Shown here: piece after piece, positions 26,416 to 38,636 of the stretch | How positions within the stretch are numbered: the stretch's first letter is position 1 | Layout: every line of letters starts with the position of its first letter | NCBI GenBank assembly: GCA_031835245.2 | Contig: JAVKOQ020000058.1 | Location: 186,001 to 233,317 of the forward strand | Reading direction: 5' to 3' | Length of the DNA stretch: 47,317 bases | Source of the DNA: Balamuthia mandrillaris | Taxonomy: Eukaryota | Made by a program: the position numbers and the translations under genes | The notes under the pieces: model-generated | Databases searched by the model: none | What the model was told of the DNA's origin: nothing | The model's input: the letters and a program-made list of their open reading frames with translations, nothing else

Positions 26416-28337
26416 ATGCTGCGTGGAGCACCTGCAACAAGTGTTCTGCGCCTCCCTGCCACGAATGGCCCTGTCCCAGTGGTGTGCTTGTTTGTTGGAC
26501 GTGCCGCTGCACGGATGAATTTGGCTCTCACCGCTCGCGGCTGGCACGAGAAGAAACTCAATCCATTGGTTCCCAGGGATGGGAGCTGCTGCTCTTACGG
26601 CACGTCCTCCTCCTCTTTCTCACAAGGAGGCGAGATCAAGCCCGTTAGCTGTGAAGAGTTTGAGGAGTGTTTGAGGCGCTGCGGTATCACGCCTGAAAAG
26701 ACCGAACAGCTAGGTTCGTGGCCGCCACTTCTTTTATTCAAGAGCGACCGCCCTCCTCTCCGCGCCCTCTGCTGATTCTGTTCTGATGCTGCCTTCTTCC
26801 TCTTGGCTTTTGTGGCTTTTGGGTCTAACAGCTGTGGCGGTATCGGGAGGGCCGGATAGCATGGCGCTGTGCCTGCTGGCTCAGCGTTGGGCACAACGAA
26901 AGCGAGAACAAGGGTTCAGAGGAACGAGGGTGCTGGCGCTAACGGTGGATCACAAACTGCGTGAGGAGAGCACGAGGGAGGCCGCTATGGTCAAATTGTG
27001 GTTGGTGGAAAAGCTGGGCATTACCCACAGAATCCTCACTTGCGAATGGCAGAACAAGCCAAGACAGGGCAAGCGGCAGCAGCTTGCCCGCCACCAGCGC
27101 TACTCCTTGCTGTGCAACACATGCCAAACCGAGAAAGTGGAGTATCTTCTCACTGCCCATCACAAGCAAGACCAGCTGGAAACGTTTCTCCTTCGCTTTG
27201 CTCAGCTGAGTAACTTTGAGGGGTTGTCTGGCATCCAGCCGCGTCACCGCTTGACCTCCGATGTAACCGCTGTTCGCCCTTTACTCGGCTTTTCAAAGGT
27301 TAGTTGCTGTTGGCCAGGACGGTCTTCTTTCTGTGCTGTGACTGGCATTGCTGTTGTCTTCAACCTGACCTGAGAGGAACACAAAGGAACGCTTGCGGAG
27401 GACGTGTGAACTAGCAGGGCTGCCCTACGTAGAAGACCCTACCAACAAGGACCCAAGCAGCTGCCGCCGAAACCACTTGAGGCAACAATGTTTACCCCGC
27501 TTGTTAGAAGTGGTGGAAGAAGACGCGCTCCTCGCCACCATTCGCCATTGCCAGCAAATGAGGAACGATGTAGCGCAGCGAGTCACCAGCTTCATTCAGG
27601 ATACCGTCATTCTGGAGCCACGCTTGGGCTATTGTCTTATCGAGGCTTCTGCTTTGCTAGCATTGGAAGAGTCCCTCGCTCGGCGCGTCCTCAACCGGGT
27701 GCTTCACTCAGTATCCGGCAAGAACCGGCCTATTCGTACAGCCCAGCTAACCGCTCTGCGGGATCAGCTAGCTCGCCTCTTTTCCTCCACCTCCACAACG
27801 CCTATCGGCAACAACAGCCACGGTACCGTGCTCTGTGGTTGTCGTTTGCATTACCTGCCCTCTTCCAAACAGTTCCTAGTATGCCAAGAGCTCTCTCAGC
27901 TCGAGCTCTCTTCTCGTATTCGTCTCTTGCCCTACAGTCCTTTGCTTTGGCAACAACTCTTCCGCCTTGAGCTTCGTCTTCCCGCTTCCTCCGCTGCTTC
28001 TTTGCCCAATCTACCTTCCATCTACGTTCGTGGGTTGCAGGCGAAAGACTGGAAGGACACAAGTTTGGAAAAGCTCATCCGGAGAGTAGTGCCTTCTTGC
28101 GCACGCTCTGCCATACCGGCCATTGTAGACGAACAGGATAGACTGCTGTGTGTGCCTTCCCTGCTTTGCTTCCAGCAGCAAGAGAAGGATCGAGTGGTTG
28201 GGGCCATCGGGCCAAGTGCCAAGGCTGCACCCCTCAGCGTCACTGCCATTCCCATTACTGCAGCCCATCGTGCTTACTTGTACTTTAGTGTAGACCCTTA
28301 TTTATCTTTGATGGAGGAGGTGCCCATCGGGTTCTGA
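26416..28337 (+). CDS. tilS: tRNA(Ile)-lysidine synthase, probably mitochondrion-targeted
   Basis: AVAVSGGPDSMAL PP-loop, VDHKLR, ARHQRY, LTAHHKQDQLETFL, RPLL, EDPTN, RNHLR. At least two introns. N-terminus MLRGAPATSVLRL is presequence-like. Confidence 0.88.
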
Positions 28338-28419
28338 GTGAATAATTCTTACCATTCACACCTCAATAACAAACACACAAAGCGATAGACACTGATGATC
28401 TTGGCGCCGCCTTAATCAT

Positions 28420-29147
28420 TTAAAACTCCCTTTGCACAATGGGTATCTTGTGGTTTTCCGGTACGTCCCACGGCTTTACTTTGAGCATATCTGGTATCAA
28501 TGATAGTTCGTTCTGCAAAGCCATTATTTAATAAGCTTGAAAAAACTTCTCTCTCTCTCTCTCTCTCTCTCTTCCTGCTTGATCATCACTCTCTTCCCGA
28601 CACAAAAAAAAATGAGTAAATGCAAACCTGTGCCTCAATGATGAGCTCTTCAATGACGCCCAGCCCTATTATTTCTTCTATCTGTTCAACGTCCTCGTTT
28701 TCTTGTACGATCTTGGAGTAGTGAAAAGAGGATAAGACAAGAGCAAGGGTAAGAAAAGAGACAGAGAACGAGGGAGAGAGAGCAGAGAGCAGACAGGGAA
28801 AAGGGAAAGACCTGGAGTCGTTCCTTGAAGAGCTTTTCAACGATCTTGCGGTAGCCAGCTTCTTCGGGAACAGCTTGAATTTCCTTGAGGATGGTTTTAT
28901 AGAGGGCAATGAGAACCTCGCGGGCATTAGGCACGACGTCGAGCCCTGGAATGCCGGTGCTCTCCTTGACCTTTCTTTGTTTGGGAGGTTCGCTGGCGAA
29001 AGTGCGGGCGGGAAAGGTAGCGGGACCCCACCGCTGCAGCGAAGAGCTGCTGAGGGCAGTGCTGCGGAGTAAACAAGCAGCAACAGGAGGCCTGGCGAAC
29101 CTGCTTGCCAGAAGTCTGGCGGGGGTGGCCGCAGCGTTCCTCAGCAT
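28420..29147 (-). CDS. NDUFA5: Complex I subunit NDUFA5 (B13)
   Basis: KESTGIPGLDVVPNAREVLIALY, AGYRKIVE, IEEIIGLGVIEELIIEAQ, NELSLIPDML..KPW. Three exons with a mitochondrial presequence. Confidence 0.92.
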
Positions 29148-29344
29148 CTTCTTCTTCTTCTCCTTGGTCTACTTCTTGCTGCTTTTGCTGTTGGGTGGTG
29201 GTGGAGGTGGAGGGGAACAAAAATGGTGGTAGTAACAATGGCTGAGGGTCCAATGATGATGACTTAATGAGCAGCAACACGGAGAGGCGCTGCAGCTCGT
29301 TTGGTCACCCAAGAACCAACGAACGAGGAGGAGGAGGAGGAGGA

Positions 29345-31389
29345 ATGAGATCTGCCAAACTGCACTTCCTTCTGCTTGTTGTTGTGTACTGTGCATGCCT
29401 GGCTCCTTCCCTGCAGAATGGGGTTGTAGGAAAAGACAATGTTGAATTGAGCCCAAGGTACTGGGTTGTGCGTTGCTTCATGGCGCAACATGTTGTCCCC
29501 CTGTTGCTGAAACGACCGTTACTATTTCAGGGAGCAAGTCAAAGAAATGTTTCTGCATGCCTATTCTTCTTACATGAGAAACGCATTTCCTATGGATGAG
29601 CTATTGCCGCTGAATTGCTCTGGCATCAACAGTTACGGAAAGTGAGTCACCTCCACTGCTGCTGCGGCTATGTTTCTTTGACTGACCATTGCGTTCTTGT
29701 TCAGCTACTCCACCACTTTGATTGATGCTCTGGATGCGCTGTTGGTAAGTTACCGCCTTCTTTTTCTCCGCCGGTGAGTGATGATATCACCACTGGGGCC
29801 ACACAGCTTATCTGAAACAAAAAACAGGTTTTCGGGGAGCACCAAGAATTTACAAATGGGGTGCGCTGGCTTGCCCATAACCTCAACTTTCATCAAGATG
29901 TGAATGTAAGCGTCTTTGAGACCAACATACGGGTAGTGGGTGGCTTGCTGTCTGCCCACTTGCTGCTATCGGAGCCTCAATTCCAGTCGTTATTACCCAA
30001 CGACGTGACCCCTAATACTCTGCTCGACTTGGCGGTGGACCTTGCGGATCGCTTGTTGCCAGCCTTCCAAACCCCAACAGGCATTCCTTATGGCACCGTA
30101 CTGTTATTATTCTTCAATTGTGGCATACCACGTCCTTGTCCGTCCAATTGTAATTTTTCAAACTAAACTTACCTCTCCAACAGGTTAACTTGATGCACGG
30201 AGTGCCATCTGGTGAAACGCCAGTAACGGCTGTAGCATCTGCTTCCACCTACGCCCTTGAATTTGGCATCTTGAGTGCTCTAACTGGCAATCCAATCTAC
30301 GAGGCATGTACAACATTCCTTGTTTTCTGATCTCTGTCTTCTCTCTCTTCCTCTCTCTCCCTCTATCCCTCTCCCTCTCCTTCAAAGGCTCACAGGACTG
30401 GTTTTGCCTATTAACTTGTAAAGCAAACCGCACGGAAAGCTGTGCGTGCTGTTTGGGAGAGACGATCAAGCATAGGGCTGCTGGGGAATCACATTGACGT
30501 GACGGGGAAATGGGTATTTGGGGACGCTAGCATTGGAGCTGCAGTAGATTCTTTTTATGAATATCTACTGAAAGCAGCCATCTACTTTTCAGATCAGGAA
30601 TACTTTGCCATTTTTCAAGAGGCTTACAAGTCTGTGCTTAAGTATTTGCGGCATGGACCGTGGTATATTATGAGCAACATGTCCAATGGCTCGCCCAATT
30701 GGTTTGTGTTTGATGCCTTGCAGGCCTTTTGGCCGTCCTTGCAAGTGATGGTTGGTGATATTCACCTCGCCAGTGACACTGCGCATGCTATGTACGGTAT
30801 TTGGAGGCATTTCGGTTGTACCCCCGAGTTGATGGACCTTAAAGAAGGCCGTCTGCTTGACCATCATAGAAGGCAAGTACTTTTTTAGTGTCGCATTGGA
30901 ACATTGAGGAATGACCCAACTGCTTGCGGCCAAAGTTATCCTCTGCGGCCTGAACTAGTAGAAAGCACTTACTACCTGTATTTGGCAACTAACGACACAG
31001 TGTGGCGTCGCAATGCCCAAGACGTTATTTTTTCGTTGCAAACGTTAGCTAGAGTGGTAAGTTCTCCAATCGTTCATCACTTCTCAAAGCTGACTAGGAG
31101 ATATCTCGCTATGAAGGAGTGTGGCTTTGCCGGAATTCTAGATGTGTTTACCCTTGAGTTAGAGGATCAAATGAATTCCTTTATCCTCTCCGAAACTTTG
31201 AAGTACCTTTATCTGATATTTGACGACACCAACTGGGTTCATTACGACTCCAACCGCCAAGCCATCACCCAACGATATATGTTTAATACAGAAGGCCACA
31301 TATTCCCATTCCGTGTGGACTTTCTTCGTCCCGAGTCGCTTGGCACAATTCCGGAGCTTGCCGCCCCTCTTCCTCCCTTCCTTTGGTAA
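29345..31389 (+). CDS. GH47 alpha-1,2-mannosidase, EDEM-like
   Basis: Signal peptide, [71 protein letters not shown]. The 3' end is uncertain and may continue by splicing toward 31500-31830. Confidence 0.92.
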
Positions 31390-31859
31390 CGACTTTTTTA
31401 TTTTTCTATCGTTCTCTTCCTATTGTTTCTAAGGTTGCTCTTTGATGAACTCTGACATACATCTAGGCGGATTAGCGGAGGGGGCGTGGTTCACGGCAGA
31501 TAGCTTATCCTCGCTATAATCCTCACGCATCACCAGCTGAAGCACAAAATGTGTCTTTTGGTTCTTCCGAGGACAGTTTTATGGATAATTCTGCCACCTG
31601 GCTGACGTTATCTTCACTGGATCCTTGAGGACAGTAATCAATTGTGTTTGTACCTCCAACCAAGACACTCACACAGATATCCCAATCTCCGCCTGCTTCC
31701 CTTTGTTCTAATGATGACGGAGGAAGGGAAGTACCTCCTTGCTACCAACTACTTTTCCTAATTACTCTTGTGTTCTTTTATTTCTGGTGGCGAGACCAGC
31801 TGTCTCGTAGAATCAAACAAAAGCAGTGATTGGCAAGAAGGGAACACTTTGGTTTGGAC

Positions 31860-32135
31860 TTAGAGTGTAACTGGATCTCCCGCATCCCCACCACGGCCCA
31901 CCAACTCGGAAGAGTCATAGTCCCGCCCCGTGCTCATTCCTAGTTCACCGGAGGCGGAGGCCCCGGCCACGCTGCTCCCGCCCTTGCCAGGCTGCGAAGG
32001 GAATCCTCCTCCGGGGTACACCAGGCGCCCTTCATTCATCTTGATTTCGTCTTCTTTGGAGCCTCTAGGGAAATGGTCCCTTGTGGTGTCGTCTCCCACA
32101 TGGCTCACATCTGTTGCCCGCCTCATTTCGGCCAT
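31860..32135 (-). CDS. Small Gly-rich hydrophilic hypothetical protein (91 aa)
   Basis: Intronless ORF MAEMRRATDVSHVGDD...GDPVTL preceded by an A-rich 5'UTR-like tract. No family recognised. Confidence 0.55.
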   Translation of the reverse strand: MAEMRRATDVSHVGDDTTRDHFPRGSKEDEIKMNEGRLVYPGGGFPSQPGKGGSSVAGASASGELGMSTGRDYDSSELVGRGGDAGDPVTL

Positions 32136-32462
32136 ATTGCTGTCTACTGCCTTGGTTGTTGTTGTTTTTTCTTCCTTTGGTTTGTGTGCGCACATGTGCA
32201 GGCTCCGTTTTTCGCTTTCATACACCTCAGGCAGTTCCCCACCGGTTCCCTGCGGGCTTGCCGCCAAATTTTACGGCAATGCCTCGTGGTGGTGGGTGGA
32301 TGATCGGGTGATGATCTCTGGAAAACCCAGATCGGTAGATGAATTGTCGATCATCTCAGCGATCATCATCTTCACCCCTTTTCAGTGCAACTTCAGGCAG
32401 AAGAAAGAAGAGGGGAGGGTGCGTGTGTTTCAGTTTGGAAGGCTGCCAGCCAACGGTGCACA

Positions 32463-33844
32463 ATGACTTCAACGCCACAAGTGGTCAACAAGTTTAGAGA
32501 GCTCACTGGTGCTGATGAAACCACCAGTCGCTTCTTCTTGGAGTCTTCTGGCTGGGATGTGGACGTGCGTTATTTCCTCTCCTCTGTCTTTGCCCAAGTG
32601 GGCGTTGTTGCTAACCTCACCTTTCGCCACCGCCCTTTCCGTGCAGCTAGCTGTGAGCGCTTTCTTTGACAATGATGGGGTAGGTCCACTACTTTGAAGC
32701 TTTACACTCTTGCTTACTCGAGTTCAATCCACTTTTTCCGTAGGCCCTACCTGCACCAGGCCCAGCTTCTACTACTTTGCCCTCCATTAGCTCTGCTCCT
32801 CCTCCTTCTTCCACACACACCTCTGCCCCACGCCGTTCTACCCCAAGTGCCACAAGGTTCTCCTGATCTCTGTCTTCTCTCTCCCTCTCTCCCTATGTTT
32901 GTTTGCGTAGCATTAACACGTGAAGGTTTTTTCCAGCAAACGAGGAGGTGTGGTTGGCTTCTCAGACCTTGCCTCGACAAGTGCCGACAAAGAGGGCCAG
33001 ACCTACTTTACTGGTGGTGAAAAAAGGTACGGCCACCCTGCTTTGAGCCTGGACTTTTTTATAAACCTTTCTGGGTATGATGCAGTGGAATGGTGGTACA
33101 GGATCCCGGCGAGCAAGATACGGTCAACCAAGTTTTGGCCAAGGCCAGAGCGTACATTATCCTTCCTCCTCCAATTCAAATCAGCAGCTGCCTGTTGAGC
33201 CTGACTCCCTTTTCCTTTCTTTCTTTACAGCAACTCAGGGTCAGCACCTCCTGACCTTGAACAAGAAACTGTTTCCCAACCGTCCTTTACAGGCGCAGGT
33301 AAGAACCCTTATCAAGCGCTGAGGCTGTACAAGTGGTATTTATCACCATCTAAAGGATACAGGCTCGGCCAAACACACGACCCGAGTGCCAGAGTGCCCG
33401 GCGTTCAGCCTCAAACGCCCAAGTCAGTTACGAAAACACTCACCTTTTGGCAAGAGGGATTTACCATTGATGATGGTCCTTTGCGGCGCTATGACGATCC
33501 AAGCAATGCGGCCTTTCTTAATGATGTAAATCAGGGGTGCAGTATTTCTCTCTCTCTCTCTCTCTCCCTCTCTCCCTCTCTCCCTCTCCCTCTCTCCCTC
33601 TCCCTCTCTCCCTCTCTCCCTCTCCGGCCTCTAGTTATTTATGTTGCTATGGCAATGCTGTACAGGCAAGTGCCTACAGAATTGGAAGACTCAGTTGTAG
33701 GTTCTTCACTAAGGATCAACATTGTGGATAAGAAGGACGAAAGCTACAAGGCCCCTCCACAAAAACTGCAGCCGTTCTCGGGTCGCGGGCAAGTACTCGG
33801 CAGGTACTATTTCCTTTCTTGCGGTTATTCAGACCCTAGAGCCC

Positions 33845-33880
<36 letters not shown>

Positions 33881-34283
33881 TTTGCCGCCACAGCACAAGT
33901 GCAACACAAACGCCTACAGCAACAAGCGCCACTGCAGCAGGAAGGAGTAGCACAGGGTCAAAGAGTTTCTCAGTGGATGACTCCAGGCCTACCACTACGC
34001 TTCAAATACGGCTTGCGGATGGGACTCGCCTTGTGTCCAAGTTCAACTTGGACCACACCATAGCCGACATTTATAACTTTGTTGACAGGTACTCATCACC
34101 TCACATCCTTGTGTCCTTCAACGTCCCTCATGACTCCCTCTTACCATGTTGTGCAGGTCGGTGCCGCGAAAGATATCCTACGTTCTTCAAACCACGTTTC
34201 CAGTACAGCCTCTTACCGACCGAACGAAGAGCATCCAAGAGGCAGGCCTACTTAATGCCGTTGTAATTCAGAAACCTCTCTAG
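32463..34283 (+). CDS. NSFL1C: p97 cofactor p47/Shp1 (UBA-SEP-UBX)
   Basis: UBA-like FRELTGADETTSRFFLESSGWD, YFTGGEK, SEP domain FWQEGFTIDDGPLRRYDDP, FSGRGQVLG, UBX domain TTLQIRLADG, EAGLLNAVVIQ. Confidence 0.92.
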
Positions 34284-34364
34284 CGCCACGAGCAAGATGA
34301 ATAGTTGATGATTCTGTGCAACAATGCTGAAAATACGTTACATTAACTTATAGATGATAGATAT

Positions 34365-35115
34365 TTACAGGTGGTTGTCGACGTGGTGAGTATGAGGACT
34401 AGCGTCCTTTGCTTTGTCGTCGTCTTCGTCCTTACAAGGAAAGGCTGCAGCAGATGTTCCAACGACCTTGTAGGCGGTGGCTGAGGACAGCGAAAAAATG
34501 CGGTTCTTATCTGAAACGCGGACGCGCTTGTGGGAGACAGCCCCTCGCCGCGCCCTAAAACTCTCCCAACCTGAGTCATCCCAAGCAAGGTTTTGGTGGT
34601 GGTGGTGGTGGTGGTGGTGGTGGTGGTGGTTGGTGTTCAAAGATTAGTTGTGAAGCAAAAAGGCCCAGCTTCGTGGACCACTCACCACGCACTATGTTGC
34701 CTCTGCTGTGTGTGTCCTCGAGGTAAGAGGTCTCCAAGGCGTAGATCTGTGTTTCCAAGTTTTCCAACACGCGCTCCAAGATCTCTTTTCTTTCCATCAG
34801 TGCCATTAGCTGTGGAGAGAGGGGGGTGCTGGCCGCATTGCTTTCCTTGCTGAGCTCGTTCTCTTTGCCCGTGGTGGTGGTGGTGGTGGTGGTGGCACTT
34901 GCCGTACTGTTTTTGGATTGCATGAGGGCTTCAACGCTTCCTCGAGAACTGGTTCTTGTTCTCTTTTTGGGTTTGGGGTTGGCCAAGGCAGCATGGCCAG
35001 CATGGCCTGCAGCAGGAGAAGGGGAGGCCCCCTGCCTATGGTCCCCCGCGCTGCCTGCACCTCCTCCTCCGCCTCCGCCGCTGGCCACCGCCGCCACCTC
35101 CATTTTCTCCGCCAT
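34365..35115 (-). CDS. MEAF6: NuA4/MYST complex subunit Eaf6
   Basis: LENLETQIYALETSYLEDT..GNIVRG, then an intron, then NRIFSLSSAT. Confidence 0.88.
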
Positions 35116-35246
35116 TTGCTTGTGTTGTTGTTTTGCTGAGGGGTCTCTTTGGTAAAAGGTGGTTGTTGTTGTGCGCACAAGCAGCAGCAAGCAGAAGCAA
35201 GAGCAAAGAACAACAGAAGCCCAAGAGGGTTGTTGGACGCTGCCTC

Positions 35247-36040
35247 ATGGTTTGTTTGTGCTCTTCTTTCTCCTATGTCACAACTGACTATCATGGTATT
35301 ATGTTGATCTAGTTGCCACTGTCTTTGCTGCAAACCGGTGTAGGCCATATTGTGGTATGCATGCCTTCACTTCTGCGAGAGTTATGTAACATGTGCTCAG
35401 GTTGGTAGGCATTGCCTCATGCTTTGTTTCCACTTCACAGCTGGTTGAACTTAAGAATGGTGAGACCTATAATGGCAATCTTGTGAATTGTGACGGCTGG
35501 ATGAATATCAATCTTCGCGAAGTTGTTTGCACTTCCAGAGTAACATGCTCCTTCTCTTCTCTGCTTCCTTCTCTTGTTTCTCGCTTCTAGCTTCGCGCTT
35601 CTCGCTTCTCTCTTTTGCTTGGTTCTCTGGTGGTGTTCTCTTCTTGGTTCACTTCAAGACCCGATCCTCATAGCTTCTTGCTTTTCTTTTATCACTTGCC
35701 TTCTGTTCTCTCTTTCTTCTTTCTTTTGCTGTTGACAGGATGGAGAGCGGTTTTGGAGAATCCCACAGTGCTACATAAGAGGCAATACAATTAAGTACAT
35801 CAACTTTCCCAAGGAGGTTAGTGTGTTAACACACAAAGTCTGCTTTATTTTTTGTTAATTATCAAAAACCAGATCATTGACAAAGTGCAAGAGAATGTGG
35901 CCCCTAGAGGAAGTACCAGAGGCCGTGGTGGCGTCACAGGACGAGGTAGAGGTGCAACACCCAGAGGAAGACAAGAGCATGGGGCACAAGGCCGTGGACG
36001 TGGAAGCTATAGAGGTGGTCGTGGTTATGGACCAAAATAA
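35247..36040 (+). CDS. LSM4: U6 snRNA-associated Sm-like protein LSm4
   Basis: Exons: ATG | [14 protein letters not shown] | [33 protein letters not shown] | [20 protein letters not shown] | RGG-rich tail. Confidence 0.95.
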
Positions 36041-36363
36041 ACACAACTTTAGTAACAAACCGTTTTCAAATTTCAAGCTGATGGAGTTTCTAACTCTCTT
36101 TGGCACGGTTGAGCCTGTGCTCAATAATCATTGGTCCACAGGCCGTGGACGAAGGCCCTTGTCTCACCCATGGTCATCCTGCGCCCAGGGAGTGTTGCAG
36201 ACTAACCATCTTTGGTGAGCAAGCCAAGAGCTACAGACTACTCCTTGAGAAACAGCCAGAGGACATGAACTCAGTGGACAATGCCATTGCTTAACTAGTG
36301 GTCTCAGATGTGGGCCTTATTGCAGGCAAAGGCAACCAAGGAGCTGATGAGCATTTAAGAGGG

Positions 36364-36592
36364 TGTTGGTTGAGTGCAACTTAACAAAAGAAAGCAAATG
36401 ATCAGAAAGGAGTGTATTCCAGAAGAAAGAAAGAAAAACAACGGAAGGGGATCTCTGTCGTTGCTTTAGAGTACACTGAGGAAAGAGGAAAAGAGAAAGG
36501 GAAAAGATAAAAGACTTGAGGAGTGTTGTGATAAGTGTTGGTGATTTGTGCTGAATTTCTATGTAAGCCTCAACCCCCTTGAAGGGCTGACA
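36364..36592. mobile_element. Possible old solo LTR (third family)
   Basis: Ends TGTTGG...CTGACA, consistent with a CpG-decayed TGTCGG...CCGACA inverted repeat. Flanks are aggg/atgg (imperfect). Confidence 0.3.
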
Positions 36593-36687
36593 ATGGGGCT
36601 TCTATGCTAATGTTAACTTTAGGCTGTTGTAAAATAAGAACAGGAATGATAGTGGAGACAAAGTAAATACAAAAACCCGAACTTAAT

Positions 36688-36825
36688 TGTGATAAGGCCG
36701 GTGAGGGAACAACCCAACGGATACCAACTCGTTGTGTGCAGGGAAAAGACCTTTAATAGAATGAAAGAAAGAAATATATATACAAGGAGAGATAGGGATA
36801 GGTATTATGGGAGAGTGGTATAACA
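36688..36825 (-). mobile_element. Solo LTR (138 bp) of the chromo-Gypsy element
   Basis: Reverse complement of 46505-46642 with 2 mismatches. TG..CA termini and a 4-bp TSD TAAT on both sides. Confidence 0.9.
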
Positions 36826-36848
36826 TAATTTACTAAAGTGAAGAGTAC

Positions 36849-37010
36849 AAGTGAAAGTAAAGTATCTTGTGTAGTATTGCAAGTTTGTCTCCAGAGGAGA
36901 AAGAAAGAAAGAAGCAAAGAGAGGCAGTATTTAAGCTAAAGGAATTATCAAAAAAAGAAGAGAAAAATATCAGCATAAAAGGACAGAGAGAGAGAAAAAG
37001 GAGAACATTG
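36849..37010 (+). repeat. Diverged dispersed repeat, copy 1 (copy 2 at about 43099-43242)
   Basis: Shared ordered blocks agtatcttgtgt, gtatttaagcta, agaaaaatatcagca, gaacatt. Confidence 0.55.
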
Positions 37011-37902
37011 AGAAAGGGGAAGTGGATGCCAATAAACCTATCCTATTTCTTCTTTCATTCTTTTTAAAGTTCTTTTCTTCTACTAGCCATATCACACCAT
37101 CATCTTCATAATTCGAAATTATTTTCCTCTTTTCCTTTGCACAATTTGTTGTTCCTTGTAATATATTAACTCTGTTGTGCCTTTTCCTTTTTTTTCTTCC
37201 TAGCAATACTTATATGCATGGTACCCTTTACTAGCTTTAACTTTAACTTTGGTTTTGAACAATGAAAAAAAAGCTATCAAACCATTTGATGTAGCAAAGC
37301 TCAAAAAGAAGCTGACTATGGCATTGCTTTCACATCACTAGTGTTAAACACAAAGAATAGTGTTGAAAAACCAATGATCTACTTCATTATGACTTCTCAT
37401 TGACACTCTCCTTAGATACCTCAAATTCTCTCACCCTTTTATTTTCCCTTTTTCCTCACAACACATTCAAAGCACACACTTGGTCCACACTCCTTTTTCA
37501 TGTGAATAAATCCAGAGTTGCTTAGGTGCTGTCTCTTTCTTGATTCACAGGGTTTATCTCCTATCAACAATAGAACCAAGAGATTAAAGAGTAACAAGAA
37601 CCCAATGTAATTTAATGCATCAAAAGAAGAAGTGTATTGTATTCTTTATATGAACGCATACTTGAAAAAAGAAAATGAAAAAGAACCAATTTAAAATAAA
37701 AAAAGGACACCTTAAGAACCTAAAATCAAGGATTTGTTAACAAGGCTACATTTGTTCATATCTAAGCCTGAAGAAACTTCAGAAAAAAGCCAGAAACAAA
37801 CATCAAGGTAATCAATCCTCCATGTTGACAAGATTGATTGAAGAAATGACTTTGGATGTCAACAAAAAAGGATTGATAAGGAAAATAAAAAGAGTAGAAA
37901 AG

Positions 37903-38161
37903 TGTCACGCGGCGCGATCTCGGTCTGATCGATAGGATGACATCACCCAGCCAATCAACGGAATCTCTAAGTATTGCGTTACCACGCGAGAAGGGAAAAA
38001 GGGGAAAAAGGAGAGAATAACAGGGATTAGAGAGAGAAACTGTACACACGAAGCAGGTCTTTCTAATAAGAGCAAACCAAGAACCACCCCAATCTTATCT
38101 CTCCTTTGTGAGCGTTGTGAGAGAGAGAGGGATTGGCACAACCCAAGGCCGGGTTGTGACA
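37903..38161. mobile_element. Solo LTR family 2 (259 bp), CpG-rich copy
   Basis: TGTCAC...GTGACA terminal inverted repeat and a 4-bp TSD AAAG. A second copy lies at 46751-47010. Confidence 0.8.
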
Positions 38162-38369
38162 AAAGAATTAGTTAAGTATTAGGAGTTGCCAACATTACTT
38201 CTTTCCCCGTTGAGAAGTTTCTTGCATGGATAAAGCCAGTAGTTGGAAATAAAAAAGGTCTTGGAACAAAGGGGAAAAATGTGAAATGACCCAGAAAGCA
38301 AGGAAGGGGCTCATGACGACACGGCATTTATTTTTTTTTTTTTTCCAAGGTGTAACAAAGAAAGTGGAT

Positions 38370-38636
38370 ATGGATGAACCTCAGCCTTCCTCTTGCTCTT
38401 CCTCAAATGCCGGTTGTTGTTTTGTGCGTCACCAAGTTGTTTTCTAAAGTCGTTTTTCTGCAGCTTGGAAAACTTACGAAGATATGACGGCACTTACGCT
38501 GGAAGAGTTAAAAAACTTTGACCTGCCCAAGAAGTGGAAAGATTTTGAAGCTCCCCTAGCACTCTACAAACGGGAGTTCGAGCACAGTAGTGCAACATTC
38601 CACGATGAACCCAACGAAGAAGTGAGAAAGTATTGA
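38370..38636 (+). CDS. Putative small spliced gene or gene fragment (71 aa)
   Basis: A GT-AG intron at 38413-38463 joins MDEPQPSSCSSSNA in phase to AWKTYEDMTALTLEELKNFDLPKKWKDFEAPLALYKREFE..RKY*. Confidence 0.4.

Noticed and set aside
34594..34631. Poly-His/poly-Pro ORFs
   Set aside because: They come from a (GGT)n microsatellite in or at the end of the EAF6 intron.
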